This document shows, in pieces, positions 1 to 9,553 of a DNA stretch of 38,213 bases (position 1 is its first letter; each line of letters starts with the position of its first letter). Where the stretch lies: IMG/VR virus record IMGVR_UViG_2526164668_000029, positions 1-38,213 of that record; one strand, given 5' to 3'. Under the pieces are notes generated by a model. That model saw only the letters and a list, made by a program, of their open reading frames with translations. It was not told where the DNA came from and ran no database searches. A program made the position numbers and the translations under genes. The DNA is from a virus (taxonomy: Duplodnaviria > Heunggongvirae > Uroviricota > Caudoviricetes).

Positions 1-483
1 ATGACGAAGAAAAAAGCACATAAACCTGGTTCAGCGACCATCGCGCTTAACAAGCGCGCCCGTCACGAATACTTTATCGAAGAAGAGTTCGAAGCGGGAC
101 TTGCCCTGCAAGGCTGGGAGGTTAAATCCCTGCGCGCAGGAAAAGCCAATATCAGCGACAGCTACGTCCTTCTGCGTGACGGAGAGGCATTTCTGTTTGG
201 CGCTAACATCACGCCAATGGCCGTGGCCTCCACGCATGTGGTGTGCGATCCTACCCGTACCCGCAAGTTACTTCTCAACCAACGCGAACTGGACTCATTG
301 TACGGTCGCGTCAATCGAGAAGGCTATACCGTAGTGGCGCTCTCCCTGTACTGGAAAAATGCCTGGTGCAAAGTGAAAATCGGCGTCGCCAAAGGTAAAA
401 AACAGCACGATAAACGTTCAGATATCAAAGAACGCGAATGGCAGGTGGATAAAGCACGTATCATGAAAAACGCCCACCGTTAA
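1..483 (+). CDS. smpB: SsrA-binding protein SmpB
   Basis: 160-aa ORF whose translation I recognise as enterobacterial SmpB; lies immediately upstream of the tmRNA gene, the conserved arrangement. Confidence 0.97.
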
Positions 484-697
484 ACCTGCACTCCAATTAT
501 TGACCAGTTCCTCACCGCGCCTCCCTCTCCGGCGGCGCGAATGAACATCTTATTGGCTATCACATCCGACACAAATGTTGCCATCCCATTGCTTAATCGA
601 ATAAAAATCAGGCTACATGGGTGCTAAATCTTTAACGATAACGCCATTGAGGCTGGTCATGGCGCTCATAAATCTGGTATACTTACCTTTACACATT

Positions 698-1060
698 GGG
701 GCTGATTCTGGATTCGACGGGATTTGCGAAACCCAAGGTGCATGCCGAGGGGCGGTTGGCCTCGTAAAAAGCCGCAAAAAATAGTCGCAAACGACGAAAA
801 CTACGCTTTAGCAGCTTAATAACCTGCTTAGAGCCCTCTCTCCCTAGCCTCCGCTCTTAGGACGGGGATCAAGAGAGGTCAAACCCAAAAGAGATCGCGT
901 GGAAGCCCTGCCTGGGGTTGAAGCGTTAAAACTTAATCAGGCTAGTTTGTTAGTGGCGTGTCCGTCCGCAGCTGGCAAGCGAATGTAAAGACTGACTAAG
1001 CATGTAGTACCGAGGATGTAGGAATTTCGGACGCGGGTTCAACTCCCGCCAGCTCCACCA
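698..1060 (+). ncRNA. ssrA: tmRNA (transfer-messenger RNA, SsrA)
   Basis: Starts GGGGCTGATTCTGGATTCGAC, contains the tag reading frame gcaaacgacgaaaactacgctttagcagcttaa (ANDENYALAA-stop), ends with the tRNA-like GGTTCAACTCCCGCCAGCTCCACCA; 363 nt. Confidence 0.95.
1015..1060. repeat. prophage attachment-site direct repeat (ssrA-proximal copy, the last 46 nt of ssrA)
   Basis: atgtaggaatttcggacgcgggttcaactcccgccagctccacca occurs here and again, identically, at 34499-34544. Confidence 0.85.
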
Positions 1061-1070
1061 AATAAATCAA

Positions 1071-1103
1071 GGGGTTACGTGAAAGCGTAGCCCCTTTTTC
1101 TTT
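1071..1103 (+). terminator. putative intrinsic terminator downstream of ssrA
   Basis: Imperfect hairpin ggggttacg / cgtagcccc followed by tttttcttt. Confidence 0.45.
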
Positions 1104-1183
1104 GGTAGTGGCGGCAAAATGGCGACAGACTTTTGCGTCCATCTTGCCTGTCGCCATCTTGAAATCATGCAAAGAGGTTTCAC

Positions 1184-1666
1184 ATGGAAGAACTTCACTT
1201 TGTTTACATCAATGCAAATGGTCGTATCGCTGTTCACTCTATACAGAGCATCAGTTATAGCGAAAATCATATACAGGGCATTTGTAAGAACACCGATCGA
1301 ATAAAAACCTTCCGAAAAGACCGCATTCTTAAACAGTACGATTCACCAGAACAAGCCATTCAGGAATGCGCGTCATTCCTCCCCGAAAGCTACTCACATC
1401 TCACTAAGCAGTCTGGTCCGAAAAAAAATACATTCGATGTGTGTTTCACCGGATTTAAGAAAGCAGATAAAGAAAGATTGGTTGATAAGGCGAATGAACA
1501 AGGATTAACGGTAAGAACCTCTATAACCCAAAGCCTTCAGATGCTCTGTTGCGGTTACAATGCAGGCCCATCAAAAGTATCGGCAGCCAGGATGAAAGGC
1601 ACAATCATCATAGATGAGCCTGGCTTTATACATTTTCTTGAAACGGGTGAGATCCCAGATGAATAA
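1184..1666 (+). CDS. hypothetical cargo protein with a BRCT-like C-terminal domain and a possible WYL-like N-terminal domain
   Basis: 160-aa ORF, visibly AT-rich against the flanking phage genes. C-terminal stretch VCFTGF...LTV...CCGYNAGPSKVSAARMKGTIIIDEPGF resembles the BRCT domain of NAD-dependent ligases. N-terminal ...HIQGICKNTDRIKTFRKDRI resembles the end of a WYL domain (weaker). Confidence 0.65.
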   Translation: MEELHFVYINANGRIAVHSIQSISYSENHIQGICKNTDRIKTFRKDRILKQYDSPEQAIQECASFLPESYSHLTKQSGPKKNTFDVCFTGFKKADKERLVDKANEQGLTVRTSITQSLQMLCCGYNAGPSKVSAARMKGTIIIDEPGFIHFLETGEIPDE

Positions 1667-1667
1667 A

Positions 1668-1685
1668 AACCTGCCGTAGCAGGTT
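1668..1685. terminator. putative bidirectional terminator between the cargo ORF and ogr
   Basis: Hairpin aacctgc-cgta-gcaggtt flanked by an A-run on one side and a T-rich run on the other, between convergent genes. Confidence 0.4.
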
Positions 1686-1692
1686 CTCTTTC

Positions 1693-1911
1693 TCAAAAAT
1701 TCATATGCCCCTGACCACCTGGCAATGGATGTGGAGGAGCAGTAGCAATCAGTGCGGGTGTCACAATAAACCGGACCACTGTTTCATGAGTAACAAAAGT
1801 GCTCCCGCAGTTAATATTTTGGCACTGGCAGTAACGCTCTTTGGTGCTTTCAGTTACTTGAAAACTGCTCCTTGTGTGTGCCGCATGACCACACTTTGGA
1901 CAATTCATCAT
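1693..1911 (-). CDS. ogr: late-gene transcription activator Ogr (zinc finger)
   Basis: MMNCPKCGHAAHTRSS...ERYCQCQNINCGSTF has the C-x2-C...C-x4-C spacing and the P2 Ogr-like C-terminus PHPLPGGQ; about 72 aa from the internal Met, the ORF track start at 1956 is probably too far upstream. Confidence 0.85.
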   Translation of the reverse strand: MMNCPKCGHAAHTRSSFQVTESTKERYCQCQNINCGSTFVTHETVVRFIVTPALIATAPPHPLPGGQGHMNF

Positions 1912-1979
1912 ATCCAGATCCCTACCTTTGCTATCAGAATCATTGTAATGATACACAAAATATCAATATTGAGAACACT

Positions 1980-3080
1980 TTATTCCATTTCAAGATCATC
2001 AATCTTCACTTCGAGTTCAATACTGGTTGTAAAACCGTTATTCGGGCTGACGGTATGTGTCAGAGTCGTAATGGTCCATTCCGCATCATCTATCGGCTGT
2101 TTAAAACCACTGACCTTCACAGGCATTTCCGTGTAGAGATCTGCCCGCCCTTCTGCCAGTTGTAGCGAAAATGACGCAACGCCGCGTTGCAGGCGTTCCC
2201 ACTGCATTTTCGCCGCTCGTTCGGCGTTGCTCCGGTTGGCATAAGTGCGATTAAGTACCAGCACGTTTTCATCCGTACCCACCAGGTAATCGCCCTGCTT
2301 CGCTTCTGGCTCTTTCTTCTGCTTCTTAGTTCTGCGCTTACGCTTCACCGTGGTGCTTTCTTTCTTCGCAGGTTCGCGGGTATGCAACCAGCTGGCAATT
2401 ACGCCCGTGTAGGCTCCGCGATCTGCCAGGGTAAATCGGTGACTGTCGCCGTCCTTGCGTGTGATAGTGATCACTGGCAGAGGTTTACCAGTGGCGCTTT
2501 TGCCCTGCCCCTGCCGGATGAATAACAGATTGCCATTTTTCACCGACGCGATGGCACCGTACTGTCGCGCCAGCCGCATCAGAAAACTGCCGTCACTCTC
2601 ATTAGTCTGGTCTATATGCTCCACGGGCTTATCCGACAGGTCTTTACCCAGTGCCATCTTCAGCTTGTGCCGCGCGGCTATTTCCTTCACCACTTCCCCG
2701 ACGGTGGTCTTATGCCACGATTTTTCACGGCGGGTATTCAGCGTTTCCCGAAAATCAGCACTTCGCGCCCGGATAGTCAGGCGGTCCGGTGCGCCAGTGT
2801 GTTCAATCTCGTCCACTGTGAATGCCCCTTTCGGGAAAAGCGGCTGCCCCTTCCAGCCCAGCGCCAGCGTAATAACCGCACCACGGCGCGGCAGCACGAT
2901 TTTTCCGTCAGCGTCATCCAGCTCCAGATCAAGCTGGTCCGCTTCAAAGCCCCGGTTATCCGTCAGCGTCAAACTCATCAGGCGGTTATCCAGCACAGTG
3001 GTGATATCCCTGCCCTCAATACTGATGCTGAATGCGGGAGTTTTGTTGCCTTTGTTAAGCAGTTCAGAGCTGAAATTCAC
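1980..3080 (-). CDS. D: tail protein D
   Basis: 366-aa ORF in the gpD position and of gpD size, directly upstream of ogr and overlapping U by 4 nt. Confidence 0.88.
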   Translation of the reverse strand: MNFSSELLNKGNKTPAFSISIEGRDITTVLDNRLMSLTLTDNRGFEADQLDLELDDADGKIVLPRRGAVITLALGWKGQPLFPKGAFTVDEIEHTGAPDRLTIRARSADFRETLNTRREKSWHKTTVGEVVKEIAARHKLKMALGKDLSDKPVEHIDQTNESDGSFLMRLARQYGAIASVKNGNLLFIRQGQGKSATGKPLPVITITRKDGDSHRFTLADRGAYTGVIASWLHTREPAKKESTTVKRKRRTKKQKKEPEAKQGDYLVGTDENVLVLNRTYANRSNAERAAKMQWERLQRGVASFSLQLAEGRADLYTEMPVKVSGFKQPIDDAEWTITTLTHTVSPNNGFTTSIELEVKIDDLEME

Positions 3081-3562
3081 GACAGCAGCCCTCCCACCGT
3101 TTTACTGATATCGCTTAAGGCAGACGTTGCCGTGTCCTGCAGATTATTCAGTTGCGCACTGAGATCACCGAACATATCGGACAGGGATTCATCCACTCGT
3201 TTGAGCGACAGGGTGAACTCAATCCGGCGCGGCATACCGTCGCGGAAAAACTCCGTTTTAGTCTGATTCAGTCCCTCAATCACATACATGCCGTAAATCG
3301 TGCCGCTGCCTTCAATCAGGGGCCATGCTTTCCCCTGTTCTGCCATCTGCTCCAGTGCCAGCAACGACAGCCTGCCGCCTGTTATTTCCGGCATAAGAAC
3401 ACCGGAAAGCGTCAGCATGTCGTTTTCCGGTCCCAGAAACTGCGTGGACGGACGTCGGTTTACCCGACTGTTTGCCGCATGTCGCCAGCTGCGTTGATAC
3501 TGCAGTTCCTGATACGGAACGGTGCGCAGCATAAACACGTACAATCCCAGCACCATCATCAT
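3077..3562 (-). CDS. U: tail protein U
   Basis: 161 aa, between T and D, overlapping stop/start with both. Confidence 0.85.
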   Translation of the reverse strand: MMMVLGLYVFMLRTVPYQELQYQRSWRHAANSRVNRRPSTQFLGPENDMLTLSGVLMPEITGGRLSLLALEQMAEQGKAWPLIEGSGTIYGMYVIEGLNQTKTEFFRDGMPRRIEFTLSLKRVDESLSDMFGDLSAQLNNLQDTATSALSDISKTVGGLLS

Positions 3563-6500
3563 GCGTCGTATCCCCCCTGATCGCTGTAGTTACTCCTGGC
3601 TTTTGCCTTCAGCCTGCGTTCACGTTCATCAAGCTGGCGTGCCACCTCCCGCGCAATATCCTGCGCACTTTGTCCTGGCTGCGTCTGAATGATGATCTGC
3701 GTCGGTGCCTCAATCCGTTGAACGAGCGGCACAGTGGCTGCGCGACTCACAATTGCTTCTCCACCTTTCGCGGGAAGTGCCAAAGGGTGCAACGGTGGAA
3801 GCTCTGCTGGCGCGGCAGCAACGCCCATCATTCCGGCAACAACGGCAGCCAGTGCAGCTGTATTTCTCCGGCTGGTCACATTTGCCGGGCCGTTAACAAT
3901 TTCCGGCCCGTTTTCACCGACGATGCCAAACTGCCCGCGCGGGATATACCCGCCGCTGTCATACATCCCCGCAAAGCCATATCCCCATGATGGAAAACCA
4001 CCCGATGGCATCATCACTTTACCGTCTGCATTCACCGTCGCAGGTTGCTGACGCGTCACGCTTTCCGGCAGTTTTGCCTTTGCGGCCTCTTTACTGACAA
4101 TGCCGAGCTTCTCCAGCAACCAGGAAACGCCGGATTTCAGGGAGTCCAGCGGATGCATGACCATATTCAGCCCTTCCGCCAGTGCCTCCCCGAATCGCCG
4201 CCCCATTGCCGCTGCGCTCTGCAGTTCGGCAGAGGTCGACTTAACGGGCGTCAGCAGATCATTAAACCAGCCCCACAGCGCCTGCACTTTGTCGCCAATC
4301 CACTGGAACACGGGCTTAAGCGGTTCGAACGCTGCACTGATGGGACCTGCCGCCGCTTTGAATCCTTCCACCACGCCACCGAGAAATGCGGTGATGGGTT
4401 GCCAGTATTTCCAGACAACCAGCGCCACGCCCGCCAGTGCAGTAACCACAAGACCTATCGGACTGAGCAGAGCACCTAACAGACCAGATATGGCATACAG
4501 GGCAACGCGCAGCATCGCCAGTGGACCAGATGCCAGTACTCGCAGCACCGTGCCTGCGGCGGCCAGTCCACCGCGCAGTACCGCCAGAGGATTCATAAAC
4601 ATCACAGCAACAGCACGTAAACCGGATAATCCAGACAGCAAAAGTGCAACCGGCGCACCTGCTATAGTTTTCAGGACATTTCCCGTCAGTGATGCCGTGC
4701 GGCGCAAAGACGACAACGGCGCAGTAAGTAAACCTGCGGCGTTGCCCGATGAAGCAAGCCCGCGTCGCAGCAGTGCCAGTGGTGCGCCAGCCAGCCAGGA
4801 CAACGCGCTGCTGGTTCGAGTTACTGCTGCCGTAACGGAAGATAACGTTTTGATACCCAACACAGAGAATCCCAGACGGATCACTGCCAGCGGCCCCAGC
4901 ACTGCAGCCAGCGCCACCGCTAAGGTGCCGAGGCCGACGGTAACCGCAGCCACAACAGCCGATGCTTTCATCAGTGTGCCTGTCAGTTCCGGGTTAGCTT
5001 CCACCCAGCGACGCAACGCCCCCGTGACGCTTTTCACCGTGTACAGAATATCCATCAGCGGCTGGCGCAGCGTTTCGCCCAGGCTGCTGAAGGTGTTCTG
5101 CGCTCCGGTTTTGACCAGCAACCACTGCGCAGAAAGTGAATCCTTGTTAATGTCGGATTCTTTCTGCATGGAGCCGAGCGCATCATTGCCCGCTGTCAGT
5201 TTTAACTGACGCTGCAGTTCCGGCAGGTTGTTTGCCAGTTTCGCCGCGTCATCGCCAAACTCTTTACCAAACAACATAGTCATGGCAGACAGGCGCTTGT
5301 CCTGCGGCAGCGCGTTTACCTTCTCCAGCACGCGCTGGATGGTTCCCATCGCATCCTTCGTCATCTGCTTTTCAATCACTTCAGGATTGAGTTTCAGCAG
5401 ATTCATCCCTTCAAAGAAACTCTTGCTTTGCATGGTGGCAATGGACAATTCACGCACCATCGCGTTTGCTGCACTGGCTGCAACCTCTGGCGCAGCGCCC
5501 AGTGTCAGGAAGGTGGAACCCAGCGCCGCCGCTTTACGATAATCCAGACGGTCAGCCACACCGCCCAGACGTTGCATCACATCAATGATGTCTGCCCCTT
5601 TCGACATGGCGTTATCATCCAGATAGTTCAGCGCATCACCGAGCTGTTCAATATTGCGGGTGGGGATTTTGTAGAGCTGGGCGATTTTCCCCAGACTTTC
5701 TGACAGTTCATCCGCTGGCAGCTCAAAGGCTGTTGCCGCCTTTGCTGCCGTACTGGCGAAGGCCAGCAGGTCACGTTTCTGATCTTCCCAGCTGTCGTCA
5801 GGGTTTGCGACGTTCATGCGCGCACCACCTTCAACCAGTGCAGCGAAGTCCACCGCACCGTTTTCCATCGGCAACTGTTCGCTGGCAGCCTTGATGGCAT
5901 CCTGCATTTCATAAAAACGTGCAGTGCGGTTGCCATTATCGTCACGCAGACCATTGACCTGCTTTGCCACACCTTTCATGGCATCTTCCATGCTGGTATA
6001 GCTTTTTACTGCCGCCATCACTGGCGCACCCATTGCCAGCCCTGCAGCCGTGGTGGTGGCTCCGGCACCTGCAATACGATCACGCACCTCCAGCGAACGG
6101 GTATAACTGGCACGCGCTGCATTCATCCTGCGCTGAGCTTCCCCCAGTCGCTTCAGCCGCGCCTCCTGTTTCGAAAGTTCCTGGTTATAACGTGATGTTT
6201 CACGGGCTAAACGGGCAGTTGCTCCCGCATCGTCTTTCGCAGAAATTCCCGCCCGGTACAGTTCAGCACGCACAAGCGCCGTCTGCTGCTGCAGCTTTTT
6301 CTGGCGTTCTTCCAGGCGCTGAACAGCCAGCCGTTGACGGCCCAGAGCAACAACCTGACGTTGCGAAGGCGGCCCCATCGCTCCCAGTTCCTGACTGAGC
6401 AAATTTGCACGCTGGCGGGCATAGTTCAGCCTGTCGCCTAATTTCTGATTTTCTGCCTGCAGCTTTCGGAAGCTGTCCAGACTGCTCCCGGCCTGATCAA

Positions 6501-6636
6501 GCTGCTTTATTGCATCGCGGGATTTTTTGACAGCAGCAGCCAGTTCTCTTGAACTGGCCTGCGCAGATCGAAATGGGCGGGTGAGCTTGTCAACCGCATT
6601 AAGAATGACCTGCAGACGCAGGTTGTTATCACTCAT
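3559..6636 (-). CDS. T: tail tape-measure protein T
   Basis: 1025-aa Ala/Leu-rich ORF with coiled-coil N-terminus and hydrophobic central segments, in the gpT position. Confidence 0.9.
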   Translation of the reverse strand: MSDNNLRLQVILNAVDKLTRPFRSAQASSRELAAAVKKSRDAIKQLDQAGSSLDSFRKLQAENQKLGDRLNYARQRANLLSQELGAMGPPSQRQVVALGRQRLAVQRLEERQKKLQQQTALVRAELYRAGISAKDDAGATARLARETSRYNQELSKQEARLKRLGEAQRRMNAARASYTRSLEVRDRIAGAGATTTAAGLAMGAPVMAAVKSYTSMEDAMKGVAKQVNGLRDDNGNRTARFYEMQDAIKAASEQLPMENGAVDFAALVEGGARMNVANPDDSWEDQKRDLLAFASTAAKAATAFELPADELSESLGKIAQLYKIPTRNIEQLGDALNYLDDNAMSKGADIIDVMQRLGGVADRLDYRKAAALGSTFLTLGAAPEVAASAANAMVRELSIATMQSKSFFEGMNLLKLNPEVIEKQMTKDAMGTIQRVLEKVNALPQDKRLSAMTMLFGKEFGDDAAKLANNLPELQRQLKLTAGNDALGSMQKESDINKDSLSAQWLLVKTGAQNTFSSLGETLRQPLMDILYTVKSVTGALRRWVEANPELTGTLMKASAVVAAVTVGLGTLAVALAAVLGPLAVIRLGFSVLGIKTLSSVTAAVTRTSSALSWLAGAPLALLRRGLASSGNAAGLLTAPLSSLRRTASLTGNVLKTIAGAPVALLLSGLSGLRAVAVMFMNPLAVLRGGLAAAGTVLRVLASGPLAMLRVALYAISGLLGALLSPIGLVVTALAGVALVVWKYWQPITAFLGGVVEGFKAAAGPISAAFEPLKPVFQWIGDKVQALWGWFNDLLTPVKSTSAELQSAAAMGRRFGEALAEGLNMVMHPLDSLKSGVSWLLEKLGIVSKEAAKAKLPESVTRQQPATVNADGKVMMPSGGFPSWGYGFAGMYDSGGYIPRGQFGIVGENGPEIVNGPANVTSRRNTAALAAVVAGMMGVAAAPAELPPLHPLALPAKGGEAIVSRAATVPLVQRIEAPTQIIIQTQPGQSAQDIAREVARQLDERERRLKAKARSNYSDQGGYDA

Positions 6637-7065
6637 CGTTGGCCCCGCTTCTCTGAATCGCTTTATACCGCCATTCCAGCACTTCGGTCAGCGGCATAAC
6701 GTCAGTAACGGATGGCGGCCAGTGAAAGATGGTGGCGATATCTGCCACCAGATCGTCAACCGTCAGGCTGTCGGTAAACCGGCAAGCACCGACTTCTTCA
6801 ACAAAAAAGTGACAACCTCAACCGACATGGCAGTGAGATCTGCCGGGTCCATCTCTGCGATTTCCTGTGCAGTCAGTGCCGGACTGGAGATGCGGGGGAT
6901 CACGGTCATCATCGCGTTCACATCCATATCCATAATGGCCTGCAGGCGTGTGCCGCGCAGCGCACCGGACTGCGGTTTACGCAGCACAATTTCGGTAATT
7001 TCTGTTTTACCGCGCATGATGGGAGTATCCAGTTTAATAGTCTTTTCAGTCTGCTTATCGCTCAT
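6629..7065 (-). CDS. E+E' tail chaperone made by programmed -1 frameshift
   Basis: Minus-strand T_TTT_TTG heptamer at 6802-6808; hand translation of the -1 frame runs open to a TGA at 6629-6631, ending ...LTEVLEWRYKAIQRSGANDE and overlapping the T start. Confidence 0.6.
6763..7065 (-). CDS. E: tail assembly chaperone E
   Basis: 100-aa ORF between FII and T; carries a slippery heptamer near its 3' end (see E+E'). Confidence 0.85.
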   Translation of the reverse strand: MSDKQTEKTIKLDTPIMRGKTEITEIVLRKPQSGALRGTRLQAIMDMDVNAMMTVIPRISSPALTAQEIAEMDPADLTAMSVEVVTFLLKKSVLAGLPTA

Positions 7066-7119
7066 TTTGCTGTCCTGTAAATTGGGTTCTGGCGCGGCAT
7101 TCCGCGCCGTTCAGATACA

Positions 7120-7635
7120 TCAGAGGCCGAGGGCGTTGCGGTGCGCTTCCATCAGGTCCACACCGTCCACAATTTCCACCATGTTGATAAGGTCCACTTC
7201 ATAGAGCACCTCACCATTGATAGTCAGCTTCGCGTAGCTGTTGGTACTGGTCACTTTGGTGGTGTTGCTTTCGCCCGTCTTCCACTCGCCGGAATCCACT
7301 TCTTTGTGACGTCCACGCACCACAAGCTCCACGGCCTGCACTTCTCCGGTATCGTCACGCTGGATAGAGCCGGTGAAGCGCAACTGGATGCCATCCACCG
7401 TGGCTTTGCCCATCTGTTTAAACAGCAGCAGTTCAGTACCACCAATGGAAAATTCTGTGTCCAGCGCACTGTCATCAAGCCCCAGATCCACATCCACTGC
7501 ACCCGGCATTCCGCCGCCGCGATACTTCTCATATTTGCGGGTGAATTTCGGCAGCGTCAGCGACTCAACGATCCCCTGCCAGTTGTTCCCGTCATTAAAC
7601 AGGTTCAGGTGTTTTAATTTGCGTGGTAAAGCCAT
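7120..7635 (-). CDS. FII: major tail tube protein FII
   Basis: 171 aa, MALPRKLKHLNLFNDG... N-terminus, downstream of FI. Confidence 0.9.
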   Translation of the reverse strand: MALPRKLKHLNLFNDGNNWQGIVESLTLPKFTRKYEKYRGGGMPGAVDVDLGLDDSALDTEFSIGGTELLLFKQMGKATVDGIQLRFTGSIQRDDTGEVQAVELVVRGRHKEVDSGEWKTGESNTTKVTSTNSYAKLTINGEVLYEVDLINMVEIVDGVDLMEAHRNALGL

Positions 7636-7644
7636 GTTGTCCCC

Positions 7645-8817
7645 TTACGCGCTGACCTGGCTAGAGAAATTCACCAGGTACTGATCGGTGATGCGCTGAC
7701 GCAGCATCAGGTTTTCAAGTGGCGGCACTGGCGTGTAGTCGTAGTCGATGGTGAGTTTTCCGGCTTTCAGCGTGTCTTTGTCGTTCACCGACTCATCCAG
7801 CCAGCAATCACCACCAATGAGATAGCCCTGACTGACCAGGCTGCGCATTTTGGCGCGGATACCCTCGATAATGTCGCGGGCCAGCGACGGGTTAAGCGGT
7901 TTATCCACCGCCCACATGTGTGCTTCTGCCATCGTGTCCATCAGCACCTGCGCCGTGCGGGTGTAGTTTTCGAAGGCAAAGAGCGGGTCATCACTCAGGC
8001 AGCGGGAACCCCAGAAGCGGAAACCGTCTTTACGCACAAGCGTGGTGACGTCGTTCTGGTTCAGCAGACCTGCATCGGTTGCCGGGTCCTGCAGATCCCA
8101 GAACACATCAGCAGAAATTCCGGTGACACCGTTCACGCCCACGTTGGACAGGCTTTTGTGCCATCCGGTCTGCTCGTCAATTTTGGCGCGCAGACCAAGC
8201 GCACGGGCGGTGGCATATGCCGTTGCTTCGGCATTCAGCACCGTGTCCCAGCCAGTAAAGTCAGGCCAGATCAGCATCCCTTCGCGCTGGCTGAAGTTTT
8301 CACGGTAAGTGATCGCCTCCTGTACCGTCTTGCAGCCATACGCTGACAGGTAAGCAAATCCACGCAGGCTTTGCGCCACGCTCAGCAACTCAGTAGCTAC
8401 CGCCTTGGTGTCGTGGCCTGGCACGCCGAGAATGCGCGGTTTAACGCCGAGCTGTGACTGGGCAGATAACAGGGCTTTCATGCCTGTTTTTTTACCTTCA
8501 GCAGTCACTGCGCCGATGATATTGGTCGTGGTTTCTTCTTCCGTTTCACCCTGCGGCACACGCACAACAACGGTCACGGGTTTTGCCTGGTCAGCGATGG
8601 CGTCCAGCGAACGGGCCAGCGTACCGGACTCACCCGCTTTACCGCTGGCAGTCAGCACATCAGTGATCAGCACGGGTTTATTAAGAGGAAACATTTTTGC
8701 ATCGGCATCATCGCCCGTGCAGACCATACCCACGATGGCGGTGCTCACCGTGGTAATGGATCGGGTGCCTTCGTTGACTTCAACAACGCGCACTCCGTGG
8801 TGGTAATCCTGAGCCAT
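7645..8817 (-). CDS. FI: contractile tail sheath protein FI
   Basis: 390 aa, recognisable as P2 gpFI (…WPDF..WDTV…[12 protein letters not shown]…). Confidence 0.9.
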   Translation of the reverse strand: MAQDYHHGVRVVEVNEGTRSITTVSTAIVGMVCTGDDADAKMFPLNKPVLITDVLTASGKAGESGTLARSLDAIADQAKPVTVVVRVPQGETEEETTTNIIGAVTAEGKKTGMKALLSAQSQLGVKPRILGVPGHDTKAVATELLSVAQSLRGFAYLSAYGCKTVQEAITYRENFSQREGMLIWPDFTGWDTVLNAEATAYATARALGLRAKIDEQTGWHKSLSNVGVNGVTGISADVFWDLQDPATDAGLLNQNDVTTLVRKDGFRFWGSRCLSDDPLFAFENYTRTAQVLMDTMAEAHMWAVDKPLNPSLARDIIEGIRAKMRSLVSQGYLIGGDCWLDESVNDKDTLKAGKLTIDYDYTPVPPLENLMLRQRITDQYLVNFSSQVSA

Positions 8818-8893
8818 AGTGGCGAACCTCCTGATTGGATTAGGCTTCGCCCTATGTTGAAGTGATTGTGCCTGACAAACAGCTAAGCGCAGT

Positions 8894-8911
8894 TGTGTCG
8901 TTATTCACACA
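8894..8911. promoter_or_regulatory. candidate Ogr-dependent late promoter element upstream of FI
   Basis: TGT-N12-ACA dyad (TGTgtcgttattcacACA) about 80 bp upstream of the FI start. Confidence 0.45.
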
Positions 8912-8959
8912 AAATAACGGTATTTGTCCGCTTACAGGAAAAATCAAAATAATGCTGAC

Positions 8960-9526
8960 TCAGGGCGATTCATTGTTCTCATTCGCCGGAAATTTTCTAT
9001 AAATGGTAGAAACGCCCACATCAAAAATCAGTGCAATACGCTGTCTTGATTCTCCGGCCTCGAGTAAACGTCCAATCTGTGCCCACTGTTCGGTAGTCAA
9101 CTTAGGACGGCGTCCACCTACTCTGCCTTTAGCACGAGCTGCAGCCAGCCCTGCCCTGGTACGTTCAACTATCAGTTCGCGTTCCATTTCAGCCAGGGCA
9201 CCCATGACATGAAAAAAGAAACGGCCCATTGGGGTACTGGTATCAATACTGTCAGTCAGACTTCTGAAATTCACGCCGCGCTGGCGCAACTCTTCTATCA
9301 GAGTAACAAGATGCCGCATACTGCGCCCCAACCTGTCCAGCTTCCAGACAACCAGTGTGTCACCTGCCGATAGTGTCCTGAGCAGTTTTTTAAGCCCCGG
9401 TCTGTCGGACTTAGTACCACTGATTTTGTCCTCAAAAATCCGCTCACATCCCGCGCAGTTCAGTGCATTACGTTGCAAATCGGTGTTCTGGTCATTTGTT
9501 GACACGCGTACATAGCCAATAAGCAT
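8960..9526 (-). CDS. serine DNA invertase (Hin/Gin/Cin/Pin family)
   Basis: MLIGYVRVSTNDQNTDLQRNAL... is the Gin/Hin N-terminus with the catalytic Ser; C-terminal HTH. True start is the internal Met at 9526, preceded by an in-frame upstream extension in the ORF track. Confidence 0.9.
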   Translation of the reverse strand: MLIGYVRVSTNDQNTDLQRNALNCAGCERIFEDKISGTKSDRPGLKKLLRTLSAGDTLVVWKLDRLGRSMRHLVTLIEELRQRGVNFRSLTDSIDTSTPMGRFFFHVMGALAEMERELIVERTRAGLAAARAKGRVGGRRPKLTTEQWAQIGRLLEAGESRQRIALIFDVGVSTIYRKFPANENNESP

Positions 9527-9553
9527 GATCAATCCCCTGAATAAAAACCGGGG

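Noticed and set aside
645-690. ssrA promoter (TATACT at 678-683).
   Set aside because: The -10 is plausible but I could not place a convincing -35 at proper spacing, so it is not listed as a feature.
4100-5209. Possible tandem repeat or CRISPR-like periodicity in the Ala/Leu/Gly-rich part of the tape measure.
   Set aside because: The periodicity is at the protein level only; no regularly spaced identical DNA repeats, and no CRISPR array anywhere in the window.
3670-6422. Many long plus-strand ORFs inside the tape-measure gene, including a 369-aa one at 4100-5209.
   Set aside because: They lie antisense to a well-supported 1025-aa gene in GC-rich sequence, where long antisense ORFs arise by chance, and have low-complexity Ser/Ala/Pro/Arg-rich translations.
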